DNA from: Mobula hypostoma
Taxonomy: Eukaryota
Assembly: GCF_963921235.1 (NCBI RefSeq)
Contig: NC_086125.1
Location: 10,540,001-10,604,000, forward strand
Length of the DNA stretch: 64,000 bases
Direction of reading: 5' to 3'
Program-made: the position numbers and the translations under genes
Notes under the pieces: generated by a model
The model's input: only the letters and a program-made list of their open reading frames with translations
The model's database searches: none
What the model was told of the DNA's origin: nothing
In this document: positions 38,701 through 50,399 of the stretch, piece by piece
How the letters are laid out: each line of letters opens with the position of its first letter
Position numbering within the stretch: the stretch's first letter is position 1

Positions 38701-39600
38701 CACAGGTCTTTGGGTTCTAAAGGAATCAAAGGATAAAGCTAAGGCTTTATAAAGCTCTAGTGAGGAGTTTTGGGCCCCTCATCTCAGAAAGGATGTGTTG
38801 ACATTGGAGAGGGCTCAAAGGAGGTTCACAAAAATGATTCCGGGATTGAAGGGCTTGTCATATGAGGAGTGTTTGATGGCTCTGGGACTGTACTCACTGG
38901 AATTCAGAAGAATGACGGGGAACCTCTTTGAAACCTATCGAATGTTGACAGTCCTCGATACAGTGGATGTGGAGAGGATGTTTCTGGTGCTGGGGGGAGT
39001 CTGACCAGAGGACACACCCTCAAAATTAGAGGGATGTCCTTTTAGAACGGAGATGAGAATCTCTTCAACCAGAGAGTGGTGAACCTGTGGAATTCGTTGT
39101 CACAGGCGGTTGTGGAGGCCAACTCATTGGGTATATTTTAGGCAGAGATTGATGGATTCTTGATTGGTCAGGGAATGAAGGGATACGGGGAGAAGGCAAG
39201 AGAGAAAATGGATCAGACATGATGAAATGGCGGAGCAGACTCAATGGGCCAAATGGCCTAATTCTGCTCGTATATCTTATGGTCTTATAAGAGGATTAAG
39301 TGAACCATGTATAGATTTCCCATGACTCTTACTGAATGGTGGAGCAGGACCAGGCTGCAGAGGGTGAAATGCCAACGCTTGCTTCTACCTTGTATGTTGA
39401 GGGAAGGAACTTGGGAGGAAGTGAACGGGGGAGTGGGTTGGTTTGGGGGTGTGGTCAGGAAACTGAAAGAGAATTTGAGTCTGACAGGCTTTCACAACCA
39501 TGAGGGAAGTACGGCATTCTTTTCTCAAACGCACCTCGATTGTTAGGAAGCATGGGATGATGGAATCGCTCCTATGGATGTCTTTCTCCTCACGAGCCAT
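23698..39600 (-). CDS. PLPPR2: Phospholipid phosphatase-related protein type 2 (PLPPR2/LPPR2/PRG4), spliced gene, 7 coding exons, about 324 aa
   Basis: Exons 39535-39600, 35213-35401, 34079-34202, 32013-32263, 26133-26309, 25081-25215 and 23698-23730 all have GT/AG boundaries and compatible phases (0,0,1,0,0,0). The protein contains SIIPCF, TDTF..QGFFCYDS..KPYPGPE, NAGQVV.G.PTPHFL.VC.PNYTALGC, ARRAFPCKDAAL, RVSEYRNHWSDV and ESPLEKLSV. AFPCKDAAL and PTPHFL match PLPPR2 rather than PLPPR1/3/4/5 (recalled sequences). Confidence 0.92.
25081..25215 (-). CDS. PLPPR2: PLPPR2 coding exon 6 (VCCVVHRF...ESPLEKLSVVQ)
   Basis: cgacag| acceptor, CAG|GTAAGA donor, 135 nt; internal alternative donor AA|GTTAAG after 25097. 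Confidence 0.9.
26133..26309 (-). CDS. PLPPR2: PLPPR2 coding exon 5 (MYVTIMF...AVAVFL)
   Basis: ttcacag| acceptor, |GTGAGT donor, 177 nt, C3 motif RVSEYRNHWSD. Confidence 0.95.
27020..27830 (+). mobile_element. Nested CR1 3' fragments: a younger copy (27192-27513) inside an older one
   Basis: TAAATG duplicated at 27186-27191 and 27514-27519; inner copy ends in a TCTTGTGG repeat. Confidence 0.8.
28570..28748. repeat. Fold-back of Penelope tail
   Basis: Inverted arms GCTGGAGGAACTCAGCAGG / CCTGCTGAGTTCCCCCAGC with apex GGGCCC at 28675-28680. Confidence 0.75.
28950..29460 (-). mobile_element. CR1 LINE 3' fragment
   Basis: Reverse complement of the CR1 C-terminal region and tail. Confidence 0.7.
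29505..30424 (+). mobile_element. Rex1/Babar LINE 3' fragment
   Basis: WCEDNNLSLNVSKTKELVVDFRR, FKFLGVNI, QRLYFLRKLKKF, LPSGRRLRS; (AAGTATA)n tail. Confidence 0.88.
32013..32263 (-). CDS. PLPPR2: PLPPR2 coding exon 4 (VYAFGLFATDIFVNAGQ...MYAAVYTV)
   Basis: cttccag| acceptor, |GTGAGT donor, 251 nt, carries the degenerate C1 and C2 phosphatase motifs. Confidence 0.95.
32670..33050 (-). mobile_element. Unclassified interspersed repeat (copies at 1-100 and 338-550 plus, 46775-47135 minus)
   Basis: Shared AAGGTGCTCCTTCCCTCC.CTAGCCTGCAGGTCACCCTTGG..AAGGTGTAGCACC-like text. Confidence 0.65.
34079..34202 (-). CDS. PLPPR2: PLPPR2 coding exon 3 (IVLGELA...NPLVRRVIRFLG)
   Basis: ttgcag| acceptor, |GTCTGT donor, 124 nt, phase-1 end matches the next exon. 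Confidence 0.93.
34690..35152 (+). mobile_element. Rex1/Babar LINE 3' fragment
   Basis: SIIKDPHHPGHALFSLLPSGRRYRSLK. Confidence 0.8.
35213..35401 (-). CDS. PLPPR2: PLPPR2 coding exon 2 (LLIMVGMVLL...AIPMAT)
   Basis: ttccag| acceptor, |GTAAGA donor, 189 nt, TDTFTVHWQGFFCYD motif. Confidence 0.95.
37470..37658. repeat. Fold-back of Penelope tail
   Basis: Same arms as 28570-28748 with apex TTTTGGACCCAAAA near 37576-37589. Confidence 0.7.
38740..39290 (+). mobile_element. CR1 LINE 3' fragment
   Basis: LERAQRRFTKMIPGLKGLSYEE. Confidence 0.85.
39535..39600 (-). CDS. PLPPR2: PLPPR2 coding exon 1 (MAREEKDIHRSDSIIPCFLTIE)
   Basis: ATG at 39600-39598; donor GAG|GTGCGT. An upstream acceptor (ctccttcag|) at 39626 implies a further 5' non-coding exon. 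Confidence 0.88.
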
Positions 39601-40469
39601 CTTTGTCACCACAGGCTTCTCCGGACCTGAAGGAGATTTCAGCTGTGTTCAGCAATTAACGTACAATGTCCGGAAAAGAGCAGCCAGAAAGATCAGATTA
39701 TAAAAGAAGAATTATCTAATCGGGCATGTTCTCGGCACAGGAGGAAAGATTGAGAGGTGGCCGAATCTATAAGATTTGATCTCAGTTCAAATGAGTGCTC
39801 CAGCGGACACAGCGAGAGTCAAAGAAGAAAAATGCAAAACTTGTTCAAAGAATCAAGGCCTGGAATTTTAACCTTGCTTGGGATTAACTGGATAGTTGTA
39901 TGAGGGTAATAAATATCTCCTCAGACCAGCTTGCCTCCACTGCCCCCTTGCTTCAACTCTCCTCTCCCCTCCGTTATCACTCCATTTTAGCCTTGAAAAT
40001 CACTCCTACACTCCTTATTGCCTTTTTGACCACGCTAACTTCCCCAAGTCTCTGTTCGACTTTCTTGGCTCAAGAATACTTTCAACTCCTCAGTTTCCAT
40101 CTCACCTCTCACTCTTCTTGGCCACTCATCCTCTCTCTTTCCTCCTAATACTCATGCACAGTTTTGAGCAGTGATGTAGCTGGTGATCCTCACGCTCTGT
40201 TCCCTTGTTCGACTGGGGTGCGACCAGCGCCAGATCTACTTCAGCTGGATGTCTGAATGGGGTTTTGATGCTGGGGGAGATAGAGCTTCATTGGAGCCAC
40301 ACAAGGGTCCATGAAGCGTTCATACTGTGAGTTCTTCTTCAGTCCATGCTCTCAGATAACCGTCCACAGCTCTGACCCTCTCCCAGTACTGTCCTTTAGT
40401 ACAATATTCCCCTGGTACTGTCCGTCAGTATAGTGCTCTCTCAGAATTATACTCTTCACAGCTCTATTC

Positions 40470-41520
40470 CTCAGTGCAACACTGTCCAACGTATTAACCC
40501 CCGGTCTGACACTCTCCAAGGTATTAACCCTCAGTGTGACACTCTCCAAGGTATTAACCCGCAGTGTGACACTCTCCAAGGTATTAACCCTCAGTGTGAC
40601 TCTCCAAGGGATTAACCCTCAGTGTGACACTCTACAAGGTATCAACCCTCAGTGTGACACTCTACAAGGTATTAACCCTTGGTGTGACTCTCCAAGGGAT
40701 TAACCCTCAGTGTGACACTCTCCAAGGCATTAACCCTTAGTGTGACACTCTACAAGGTATTAATCCTCAGTGTGACTCTCCAAGGGATTAACCCTCAGTG
40801 TGACTCTCCGGGTTATTAACCCCCGGTGTGACACTCTCTGAGGTATTAACCCTCAGTGTGACACTCTCCAAGGTATTAACCCTTGATGTGACACTCTCCA
40901 AGGTACTAACCTTCAGTGTGACACTCTCCACGGTATTAACCCTCGGTGTGACTCTCCAAGGTATTAACCCTCAATGTGACTCTCCAAGGTATTAACCCTC
41001 AGTGTGACATTCTCCAAGGTATTAACCCTCGGTGTGACACTCCCCAAGGTATTGACCCTCAATGTCACACTCTCCAAGGTATCAACCCGTAGTGTGACAC
41101 TCTCCAAGGTATCAACCCTCAGTGTGACACTCTCCAAGGTATCAACCCTCACTGTGACTCTCTACAAGGTATCAACTCTCGGTGTGACACTCTCCAAGGT
41201 ATCAACCCTCGGTGTGACACTCTCCAAGGTATCAACCTTCAGTGTGACACTCTCCAAGGTATTAACCCTCACTGTGACTCTCTACAAGGTATCAACCCTC
41301 AGTGTGACACTCTCCAAGGTATCAACCCTCGGTGTGACACTCTCCAAGGTGTCAACCCTCGATGTGACTCTCCAAGGTATCAACCCTCAGTGTGACACTC
41401 TCCAAGGTATCAACCCTCACTGTGACTCTCTCCAAGGTATTAACCCTGAGTGTGACCCTCTCCAAGGTACTGACCCTCAGTGTGACTCTCTACAAGGTAT
41501 TACCCCTCAGTGTGACTCTC
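40470..41520 (+). repeat. 30/28 bp minisatellite, about 35 copies
   Basis: Unit CCAAGGTATTAACCCTCAGTGTGACACTCT. Confidence 0.95.
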
Positions 41521-41869
41521 TCCCACATTTGCCCCTGCAGCAGTGGGATACACCCTCACTGCTGTCCATCCTGTAACGCACCTGTGACCAGGGCTATGCA
41601 TCTAGTGCAGGTCTTCCACACCATTGAATGTTATTTCTTAAAGGCCCAATAGACTTTTAATTGACTTTGCTTGAGATGTCACACAGGCCCTGTGAAGTTT
41701 AAAGGGAGCGTGAGAGCCAGGGCTCGGGTGCGTAGAAGGGAGCACAGTATATATTCCCAGGCGAGTCAGAGGCCCGACAGCAGGCACTTATCGGGAGAGG
41801 GATTATTGTTCCACCCCCCCACCCCCAGCTGTAAAGAACACTACCCTTCAAAGACATTTTCAGTACCCG

Positions 41870-43130
41870 CCCCTCAGCGGCGTTCCCTCACTGCTGCCCT
41901 TTTGACAGTACGACACTTCATCACTACTGCCCCTTCGGCAATGCGGCGCTCCCTCACTACTGGTCTCCTGGCAGCGCGGTGCTCCCTCACTACTGGTCTC
42001 CTGGCAGCTCGGCGCTCCCTCACTGCTGCCCTGTTGACAGTACGACACTCCATCACTACTGCCCCTTCGGCAACGCGGCGCTCCCTCACTACTGGTCTCC
42101 TGGCAGCGCGGTGCTCCCTCACTACTGGTCTCCTGGCAGCGCGGCGCTCCCTCACTGCTGCCCTGTTGACAGTACGACACTCCATCACTACTGCCCCTTC
42201 GGCAACGCGGCGCTCCCTCACTACTCGTCTCCTGGCAGCGCGGCGCTCCCTCACTGCTGGGCCTCCGGCAGCACGACGCTCCCTCACTGTCGCCACCTCC
42301 CCCCCGCAAACAGCGTGGCGCTCCCTCAGCGGCCGAACCGGATTCAGTCTGCAGGCCAGCAACAGGCTGTAATACCCGAGCTGGAGGTCTCCGGGAGCCG
42401 CACCCGCTCCCTCCGTATCTCGGGGTTTGCCCTCGCAGCTCGTTCCCGGGGAGGAGGAGGGTGCTGGCGGGTGAACCGTGGGTCCAACTGGTGGGCCGAG
42501 GCAACCCACCCGCGCCAACCTGCCGTTCCCGTGGTGAAGAGGAGCAATCTCCCCCAGCCCCAGCCCGAGCCCTCGCCGCTTCGGAGAGGCTGCATCCTAC
42601 CCGGGTGGGTCAGGTCACCCCGGCATGGTGGAGCTTGGGGCAACAGCTCCGTGCATCAATGGCCCAGCCCAGCTCTTTGTTTCAGAACCGGAGCCGGGGA
42701 TACAGGGACCCGGGGATGGGGAGAGCGCCCAAGCACCAGCTCACCTTCAGTAGACGCACATTCTCCCGCAGGATACCCCTCTTCCAGCCAGCCCCCAAAC
42801 CCGGTCACATATCCGACCCCGAGCGAGGGGAGCGGCGCATCGGCAGTCCGAGCACGTCCCGACCCGGACCCAGACGGAGCGTCGGCCAGCACGATCGCTC
42901 CCACCCCGCCGCCAGGTGCAACCGGCGGGCGCAAACACAACCCGAGCCCGGTGGCGGCAACCGCCCGAACTAGCGCCCCATCAAATCTCACCGGGAATGG
43001 CAGGGACAATGAAACGCGAGCGGGGCGAGGAGGTTCCCACAACATCCCCATCCCCGACCGTGGCACAGCCCACCACGTGAGTACAGTACTGTACTAGAGC
43101 GGAGATACAACAGCCACGGCCATGTTCAAC
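41870..43130 (-). promoter_or_regulatory. CpG island, probable PLPPR2 promoter and non-coding first exon
   Basis: High GC and CpG density 2.3-3.5 kb upstream of the ATG exon, which itself has a splice acceptor. Confidence 0.6.
41875..42330 (+). repeat. 33 bp minisatellite organised as a 132 bp higher-order repeat, about 3 copies
   Basis: Unit like GCGGCGCTCCCTCACTACTGGTCTCCTGGCAGC; 44 aa periodicity in the ORF track. Confidence 0.9.
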
Positions 43131-43154
43131 AGAAGCTGAATGAGAAACCCTCAT

Positions 43155-45090
43155 CGCTCCATCTTCTTTCCCTCTCCCTCCATTATCTTTCTCCNNNNNN
43201 NNNNNNNNNNNNNNNNNNNNNNNNNNNNNNNNNNNNNNNNNNNNNNNNNNNNNNNNNNNNNNNNNNNNNNNNNNNNNNNNNNNNNNNNNNNNNNNNNNNN
43301 NNNNNNNNNNNNNNNNNNNNNNNNNNNNNNNNNNNNNNNNNNNNNNNNNNNNNNNNNNNNNNNNNNNNNNNNNNNNNNNNNNNNNNNNNNNNNNNNNNNN
43401 NNNNNNNNNNNNNNNNNNNNNNNNNNNNNNNNNNNNNNNNNNNNNNNNNNNNNNNNNNNNNNNNNNNNNNNNNNNNNNNNNNNNNNNNNNNNNNNNNNNN
43501 NNNNNNNNNNNNNNNNNNNNNNNNNNNNNNNNNNNNNNNNNNNNNNNNNNNNNNNNNNNNNNNNNNNNNNNNNNNNNNNNNNNNNNNNNNNNNNNNNNNN
43601 NNNNNNNNNNNNNNNNNNNNNNNNNNNNNNNNNNNNNNNNNNNNNNNNNNNNNNNNNNNNNNNNNNNNNNNNNNNNNNNNNNNNNNNNNNNNNNNNNNNN
43701 NNNNNNNNNNNNNNNNNNNNNNNNNNNNNNNNNNNNNNNNNNNNNNNNNNNNNNNNNNNNNNNNNNNNNNNNNNNNNCCTCTCTCCATCTTCTCCCCCTC
43801 CCTCCCTCTCTCCATCTTCTCCCCCTCCCTCCCTCTCTCCATCTTCTCCCCTCCCTCCATCTTCCCTCCCTCCCTCCCTCCATCTTCTCCCCTTCCCTCC
43901 CTCCTTCTCCCCTTCCCTCCCTCCTTCTCCCCCCTCCCTCTCTCCATCTTCTCCCCCCCTCCCTCTCTCCATCTTCTCCCCCCCTCCCTCTCTCCATCTT
44001 CTCCCCTCCCTCCCTCCCTCCATCTTCTCCCTCTCCCTCCCTCCATCTTCTCCCTCTCCCTCCCTCCATCTTCTCCCCCTCCCTCCCTCTCTTTCCATCT
44101 TCTTTCTCCCTCCCTCCATCCCTCCCCTTCCCCNNNNNNNNNNNNNNNNNNNNNNNNNNNNNNNNNNNNNNNNNNNNNNNNNNNNNNNNNNNNNNNNNNN
44201 NNNNNNNNNNNNNNNNNNNNNNNNNNNNNNNNNNNNNNNNNNNNNNNNNNNNNNNNNNNNNNNNNNNNNNNNNNNNNNNNNNNNNNNNNNNNNNNNNNNN
44301 NNNNNNNNNNNNNNNNNNNNNNNNNNNNNNNNNNNNNNNNNNNNNNNNNNNNNNNNNNNNNNNNNNNNNNNNNNNNNNNNNNNNNNNNNNNNNNNNNNNN
44401 NNNNNNNNNNNNNNNNNNNNNNNNNNNNNNNNNNNNNNNNNNNNNNNNNNNNNNNNNNNNNNNNNNNNNNNNNNCCTCTCCCTCCTCCTCCCACTCCTCC
44501 CCCTCCCTCCCCCTCTTCCTCTCCCTCCCCCTCTTCCTCTCCCTCCCCCTCTTCCTCTCCCTCCCCCTCTTCCTTTCCCCTCCCACTCTCCCTTTTCCCC
44601 CTCCCTCCTTCCCCACTCCCCTCTCCACCCTTCCCCCTCCATCCTCTCCACCCTCCCGTTCCATCTCTCCCCATCCCCTCTCCCCCTCCTGCCTCCCCCT
44701 CCTGTCTCCCCATCCCCTCACCCCTCCCTCCATCCATTTTCTTTCCCCTTCACCTCTTTCCCCTTCCCTCCTCCCTCCTACCCACTTCCTTCTCTCCACC
44801 TACCCTCTCTACACACTCTCCAACCTCTCCCCCTCCCCTCTCCCCGACCACCCTCCACCCTCCACAACCCCTTCCACAACCCTCTCTCCACTCCCCTCTT
44901 TGCTCCCCTTCCCTTCTCCCTCCACCCTCCTCTCTCCTCCATCCCCCTCCCCTCACCCTCCACAGCCCCCTCCCCTCAACTCCCTCCCCTCTGCCCCAAC
45001 CCCCTGCACTCTGCCCCCTCCCCCTTCCCTCTTCCCCCTCACCCCTCCCTTCTTCCCCTCCACCTCTTTCCCCACTCCCTTCCACCATTA
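43155..45090. repeat. Polypyrimidine/polypurine low-complexity tract containing two assembly gaps
   Basis: Almost pure C/T on the plus strand; N runs at 43195-43778 and 44134-44474. Confidence 0.95.
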
Positions 45091-47794
45091 GCTTCTGAGT
45101 CCTTGCAATTTCAGGAGTGAGCTTTCAGTTTGAGTCAGCGCTGGTGACAGAGGGGAACGGAGCTGACGCTGTCATTGAACTATAATGAGAGTCTGGCGGT
45201 GCTGAAAGCCCAGAAGTGAATGATTACAAACCTGGTTGATGAAGCCTATTTATAGAATTGAAAAATAATGTTTGTGGACACTGGATATAGTGAATGCCAT
45301 GGGTCCTGACAACATCCTTGCTGGAGGAATTCAGTGGGTCAGGCAGCATCTGTCACACCCTTCATCTGGGTGTCCCAATTTCCTGGGTGTCATCTGAGTT
45401 TAGATGAAGGGTCTTGACCCAAAACGTCAACTGTCCATTTCCCTCCACTGATGCTGCCTGACCTGCTGAGTTCCTCCACCGGTTTGTCACAGTTTTTGCA
45501 GTCCCTGGTGTCAACATCCTTGCTGTTGCTCACTTCAGAACTATCTACACATCCAGCCGAGCTGGTCCAGGACAGTTACAAGACTGTCTATCAGTCTATC
45601 GTCAGTCATTAGCAGAGTGCTGGCAGAGTGATGCAGCAGATAGAGCCTCTGCCTCACCGTGCCTGAGAACTCGGGTGCTGCCTGTGAGCAGTCTGTGAGA
45701 GCCATGGGTCTCCTCACACCCCCCAAGTCCTAAGGCACGTGGGTTGGTTGGTTAATTGGCCACTAATTTGCTCCTGGTGTCTGGGTGAGTGGAGGAATCT
45801 GGGGGGCGTTGGACAATCTGGGGAGAATGAAATGGGAATAGAGTGGGTGTTTGACTATTTTTTAATTTACTTAGTGACACAGCGTGGAGTAGCCCCTTCC
45901 GAGCCACCCCACAACCCAATCACGGGACAATATACAATGAGCAGTTGTCCTACCTGTCACGTCTTTGGACTGTGGGAGGAAACCAGAGCACCCGGGGAAA
46001 CCCACGCTCCCCGTGGGAAGGATGCACAGAGAATCCTTACAGAACGGCGCCGGAATTGAATTCTGAGTTCCGGGCCACCTCAAGCTGTAAATATATCACT
46101 TCCAGCGCTATGCTGCTGTGGCCCCCCACGTGGACTCAAACAGAGTCACAGAGCGCAGACGCCGGCCCTCCTGCCTAACTGCACCACGCTGGCCAAGGTT
46201 TCCGGCTAAGTTTCTACCATTTGCCCACACTCATTTTATTTAGTTTTAAGTTTTATTCAGAAATACAGCACGATAACAGGCCCTTCTGGCACAATGAGCC
46301 CGCGCCGCCCAATGACCAATTTACCCACTGATCTGTAGGCCTTTGCGATGTGGGAAGAAACGGCGAGGGTTTCAGAGGAAACCCACGCGGTCACAGGGAG
46401 AACATCCAAACACCTTGCAGGCACTGGCAGGAATCGAACCCTGATCACTCATCACTGGTGCTGTTAAAGCATTGCGCTAACCACTACACTAACGTGCTGC
46501 CTATGTGCCCTGTACCCCTCTAAACCAGAGGTTCCCAACTTTTTTTAATGCCTTCAACCCCTGCTAAGGGGTCTGCGGACTTCGGGTTGGGAACCCTGCT
46601 CTAAGTTTTTCCTACCCAATTACCTGTTTAATGTTGTTAATGTACCTGCCTCAGCCACTTCCTCTGGCTGCTCGTTCCATATACTGGGTGAAAAAGTTGT
46701 CCCTCAGATTCCTTTTAAATCTTTCTCCTCTCACCTTGAACTTGTGCCTCCTAATTATTGCTTTGGCAATCTTGGCTTGCGGGGTGGAGATACATCTCTA
46801 CCAAAGGAGATGTAAGATGCTCCTTCCCTCCTCCGCTAGCCTGCAGGTCTCCCTGGGCAAGGTGTAGCACCTGCTTAGCCCCCCGATCAGGGTCACGTGA
46901 AGCAAGTGGTGGATGGTTGTACGAGCAGCTATTGCATATCACAAGTTCTGGTTATGTGATCACTTACGCCAGGTAGACAATCTTTGATGAGTATTGATCC
47001 TGGCTGGGGCCACCCCTCTTGGAAAGACACTGCCCAGAAAGATCCAGTGACAAACCACTTCTGTAGAGAAATTTGCCAAGAACAATCATGGTCATAGACT
47101 ATGATCGCCCATGTCATACAACATGGCACATAATAATGGTGAGAAACAGACTGTGCACATTCACCCCATCTATCCCTTTCATAAATTTATAGATCTCTAT
47201 AAGATCACCCCTCGTTCTCCTGTGCTTTCTGGTAAAAGTCAGAGCCTGCTCAACCTCTCTCCATAACTGAGTCCCTCGACTCAGTGGACTGAAGGGCCGT
47301 TTCTGTACTGTGAGGCTTTATGACGCTATGATCGAAGGTGTGGCCAACTGCATTACCAAGTACACTTTAACCAACAACTTGCTCGTGATAGTTTCTTGAG
47401 AGTTTCATGTTGCAGTCTTCATCCAAACAGGAATGTGTGAAAGAGGTAGTTGAGGTGAGAAGGAAGGAGAGTGGAGTCTGTAGGGAAGGGTGGGAGAATG
47501 AGGAGAGTGAATGTCAGAGAATTGGAGAGTAGGACAGAGGGGAGTGAAATAGGGAGAGGCTGAGAAGAGAGAGCATGATGGAAAAGAGAAGAGTGATACA
47601 GAATGTGTGTACAGGAGAAGGTGAAACAGTGCCTATATTTCATTGAGTTTGAGGAGATTTGGTATGTCACCAAAGACATTCATAAATTTCTGTAGATGTA
47701 CCATGGACAGAATTCTAACTGGCTGCATCTCTGTCTGGTATGGGGTGCTGGGGGGAGGGGGCTACTGCACAGGATCAGAATAAGATGATACAAC

Positions 47795-49300
47795 CATAAG
47801 ATATAGGAGCAGAATTAGGCCATTTGGCACATCAAGTCTGCTCTGCTCTTTCATCTTGTTTGATCTCTCAGCCCCAATCTCCTGCCTTCCCCTCTGTATT
47901 CCTTCATTCCCTGACCGATTAAGAATCTACCAACTCTGCCTTAAATAGACATAAAAACTTGGCCTCCACATTTGCTTGTGGCAATGAATTGCACAGATTC
48001 ACCACTCTCTGGCTAAAGAAATTCCTCCTCATCTCTGTTCTAAAAGAACACCCTTCTATTCTGAGCTTAGCTTCTCCCACCACAGAAAACATCCTCTCCA
48101 CACCCACTCTATCAAGGCCTTTCAGCATTCGATAGGTTTAAGTCAGGTCACCCCTCGTTTTTCTGAATTCGAGTGAATACAGGCCCAGAACCATCAAACA
48201 CTCTTCACATGACAAGCCTTTCAATCTTGGAATCCAGCATCATCCTGGTTTTCCCAATCTACCTGCATATTGATTTCCTCCTGACTATTGTAACAATGCC
48301 CTCTTGGCATGCATTTTTGATCTTCCATTGTAATTTGTAGACCAAATCCTTACTGCTGTTTTGGGGTCTGTATACAACTCCCATCAGGGTCTTTTTCTCC
48401 TTGCTGTTCCTTAGCTCTGTCCACAATGATTCAACACCTTCAAAGCCTCCGTCACCTTTCTAATGATTGGATTTGATTTTTTTTCCCCAACAGAGCCACA
48501 CCACCTTCTCTGCCTTCCTGCCTGTCTTTTCGATCCAATGTGTACCCTTGGACATTAAGCTCCCAGCTATCATCTTCTTTCAGTCACGATTCAGTGATGC
48601 CTACAACGTGGCAATTTGTAACTATGCTACAAATTAATCAACTTTACTCTGTATACTGTGCGCATTCAAATATAACAACTTCAGTCATTCTAATTTTGTC
48701 CACTTTTTACACTGCAACTCATCCTGTTGACTGCAATTTTGCCCTATCACCAACCTCTCCTCACTACACATTGCCTGTTTGTAAACCAACTACCTTATCC
48801 TCAGCACTATCACGCCGGTTCCCAACCCCTTGCCAAATTAGTTTAAACTCTCTTGGACAAATCTAGCCAACCTGCCTGCAAGGGTATTGGAGCCCCTCAG
48901 GTTCAGGTGTAAACCTCACTCTTCCTTCAGTTAGTCCTGACGAAGGGTCTCGGCCTGAAACGTCGACTGCGCCTCTTCCTATAGATGCTGCTTGGCCTGC
49001 TACGTTCACCAGCAACTTTGATGTATGTTGTCAGGTGTAAACCATTCCTTTTGTACAGGTTGTACCTCCCGTAGAAGAGATCCCAATGATCCAGAAATCT
49101 GAACCCCACCTCCTCCCATATGAGTCGCAGGTCATCGAGCTGCAGCTCCAGTTCCTTAATACATTCTCTCAGGAGCTGCAGCTAGGTACAACTGTTGCAG
49201 ATAATTTTATCTAGGAGACTGGAGGTCTCCCAGACTTCCCACATCCCACAACAGTACGAAATACTGCCCCTGATGCCATTCTCATAAATCTACCATGCCC
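47795..49300 (-). mobile_element. CR1 LINE fragments (3' end plus ORF1/5' region)
   Basis: FRTEMRRNFFSQRVVNL; GFRFLDHWDLFYGR..LYKRNGLHL (esterase-type ORF1). Confidence 0.75.
48932..48969 (+). ncRNA. Minimal type I hammerhead ribozyme motif (Penelope-associated)
   Basis: TAGTC-CTGACGA-A-GGGT(CTCG)GCCT-GAAA-C-GTC^GACTG; all core nucleotides present and stems I and II pair. Confidence 0.75.
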
Positions 49301-50399
49301 TAACAGATGAGGAATGAACAAATAAGAACAGAAAGACAGAAACTTATGAAGTACTTAACCTCACCCAAGCATGATGAGCCAAAGCCACTCTAAACACTGG
49401 TACACTCCAAAGAATGCCGCTCCTTTTGCCCCTGCATTATTTTTATTGGCCCTTTGTAATGAATCGCTCCTGCTGATTGGTTGCTCCTCAAATCAGAGAA
49501 ACTGCTGTAAAGCTCTGCCTTTAAAATCTTGATCGCCGTGCTGATAATGAAAGCTAACTCTTTTTACACACCGCTGATGTTGATTATCCAAGCTGCAGAA
49601 GGTTGTAAACTTAGTCAGCTCCCTCATGGGCACTAGCCTCCAGGACATCTTCAAGGACTGATGCCTCAAGAAGGTGGCATCCATCATTAAGGACCTCCAT
49701 CACCCAGGTCATACCTTGTTCTCAGGGGGTAATACAGGAGCCTGAAGGCACACTCTTCCACTTAGCCATATGATTTCTGAATGGGCATTGAACTTATGAG
49801 CGCTACCTCACTACTTTTTGAATTTTTTAAATTTTTACACGACTTATTTAATTAACTGTATAATATATACTCACATTTTTCCTATTGCTTTGCATTACAT
49901 TGTACTGCTGCCATAAAGTTAACAAATTTCACGATATATGCAGATGATATTAAACCTGATTCTGAAGAATGGAGAGAAAAGGAATAAAAAAGGGGAGTGA
50001 AGGATAAATAACATGAGTGAAAGGGGGAGAAGGGATAAGGAAGGAGAGGGACAGGGAGGAAAAGGAAGAAGAGGTTTGAAAGAGAGATGGAAGAAATGGA
50101 GAGGGAAGAGAAGGAAAATGGAAATAGAGGAGTAAAGGGAAATAAAGAGTGAGGAAGAGAATGAGATAACAACAGGAGAGAGGAGGGATTAGGAGGGGAG
50201 AGGGAGGTGAAGGAGAAAGGAGCGAGACTGAGTGAGCACAGCTTGTTTACTTTGTCTCTCTGTTCTACTGCCTGTAAACTGAGCCCAGAAATGGTGGTGA
50301 ATTATTTACCTGAAAATGATTGTGTTTCAGTCATCAGGCCAGCATTCCGTCAGACTCTTTCTCAAGTAGGACCAGTTGGTCTGGGCATCAGTCCATGCT

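Noticed and set aside
41671-43097. 233-372 aa ORFs in the CpG island
   Set aside because: GC-rich and tandem-repeat DNA is depleted of stops, and no protein family is recognisable.
42981-45098. ORFs of 500-650 aa
   Set aside because: They run through N gaps and low-complexity C/T sequence.
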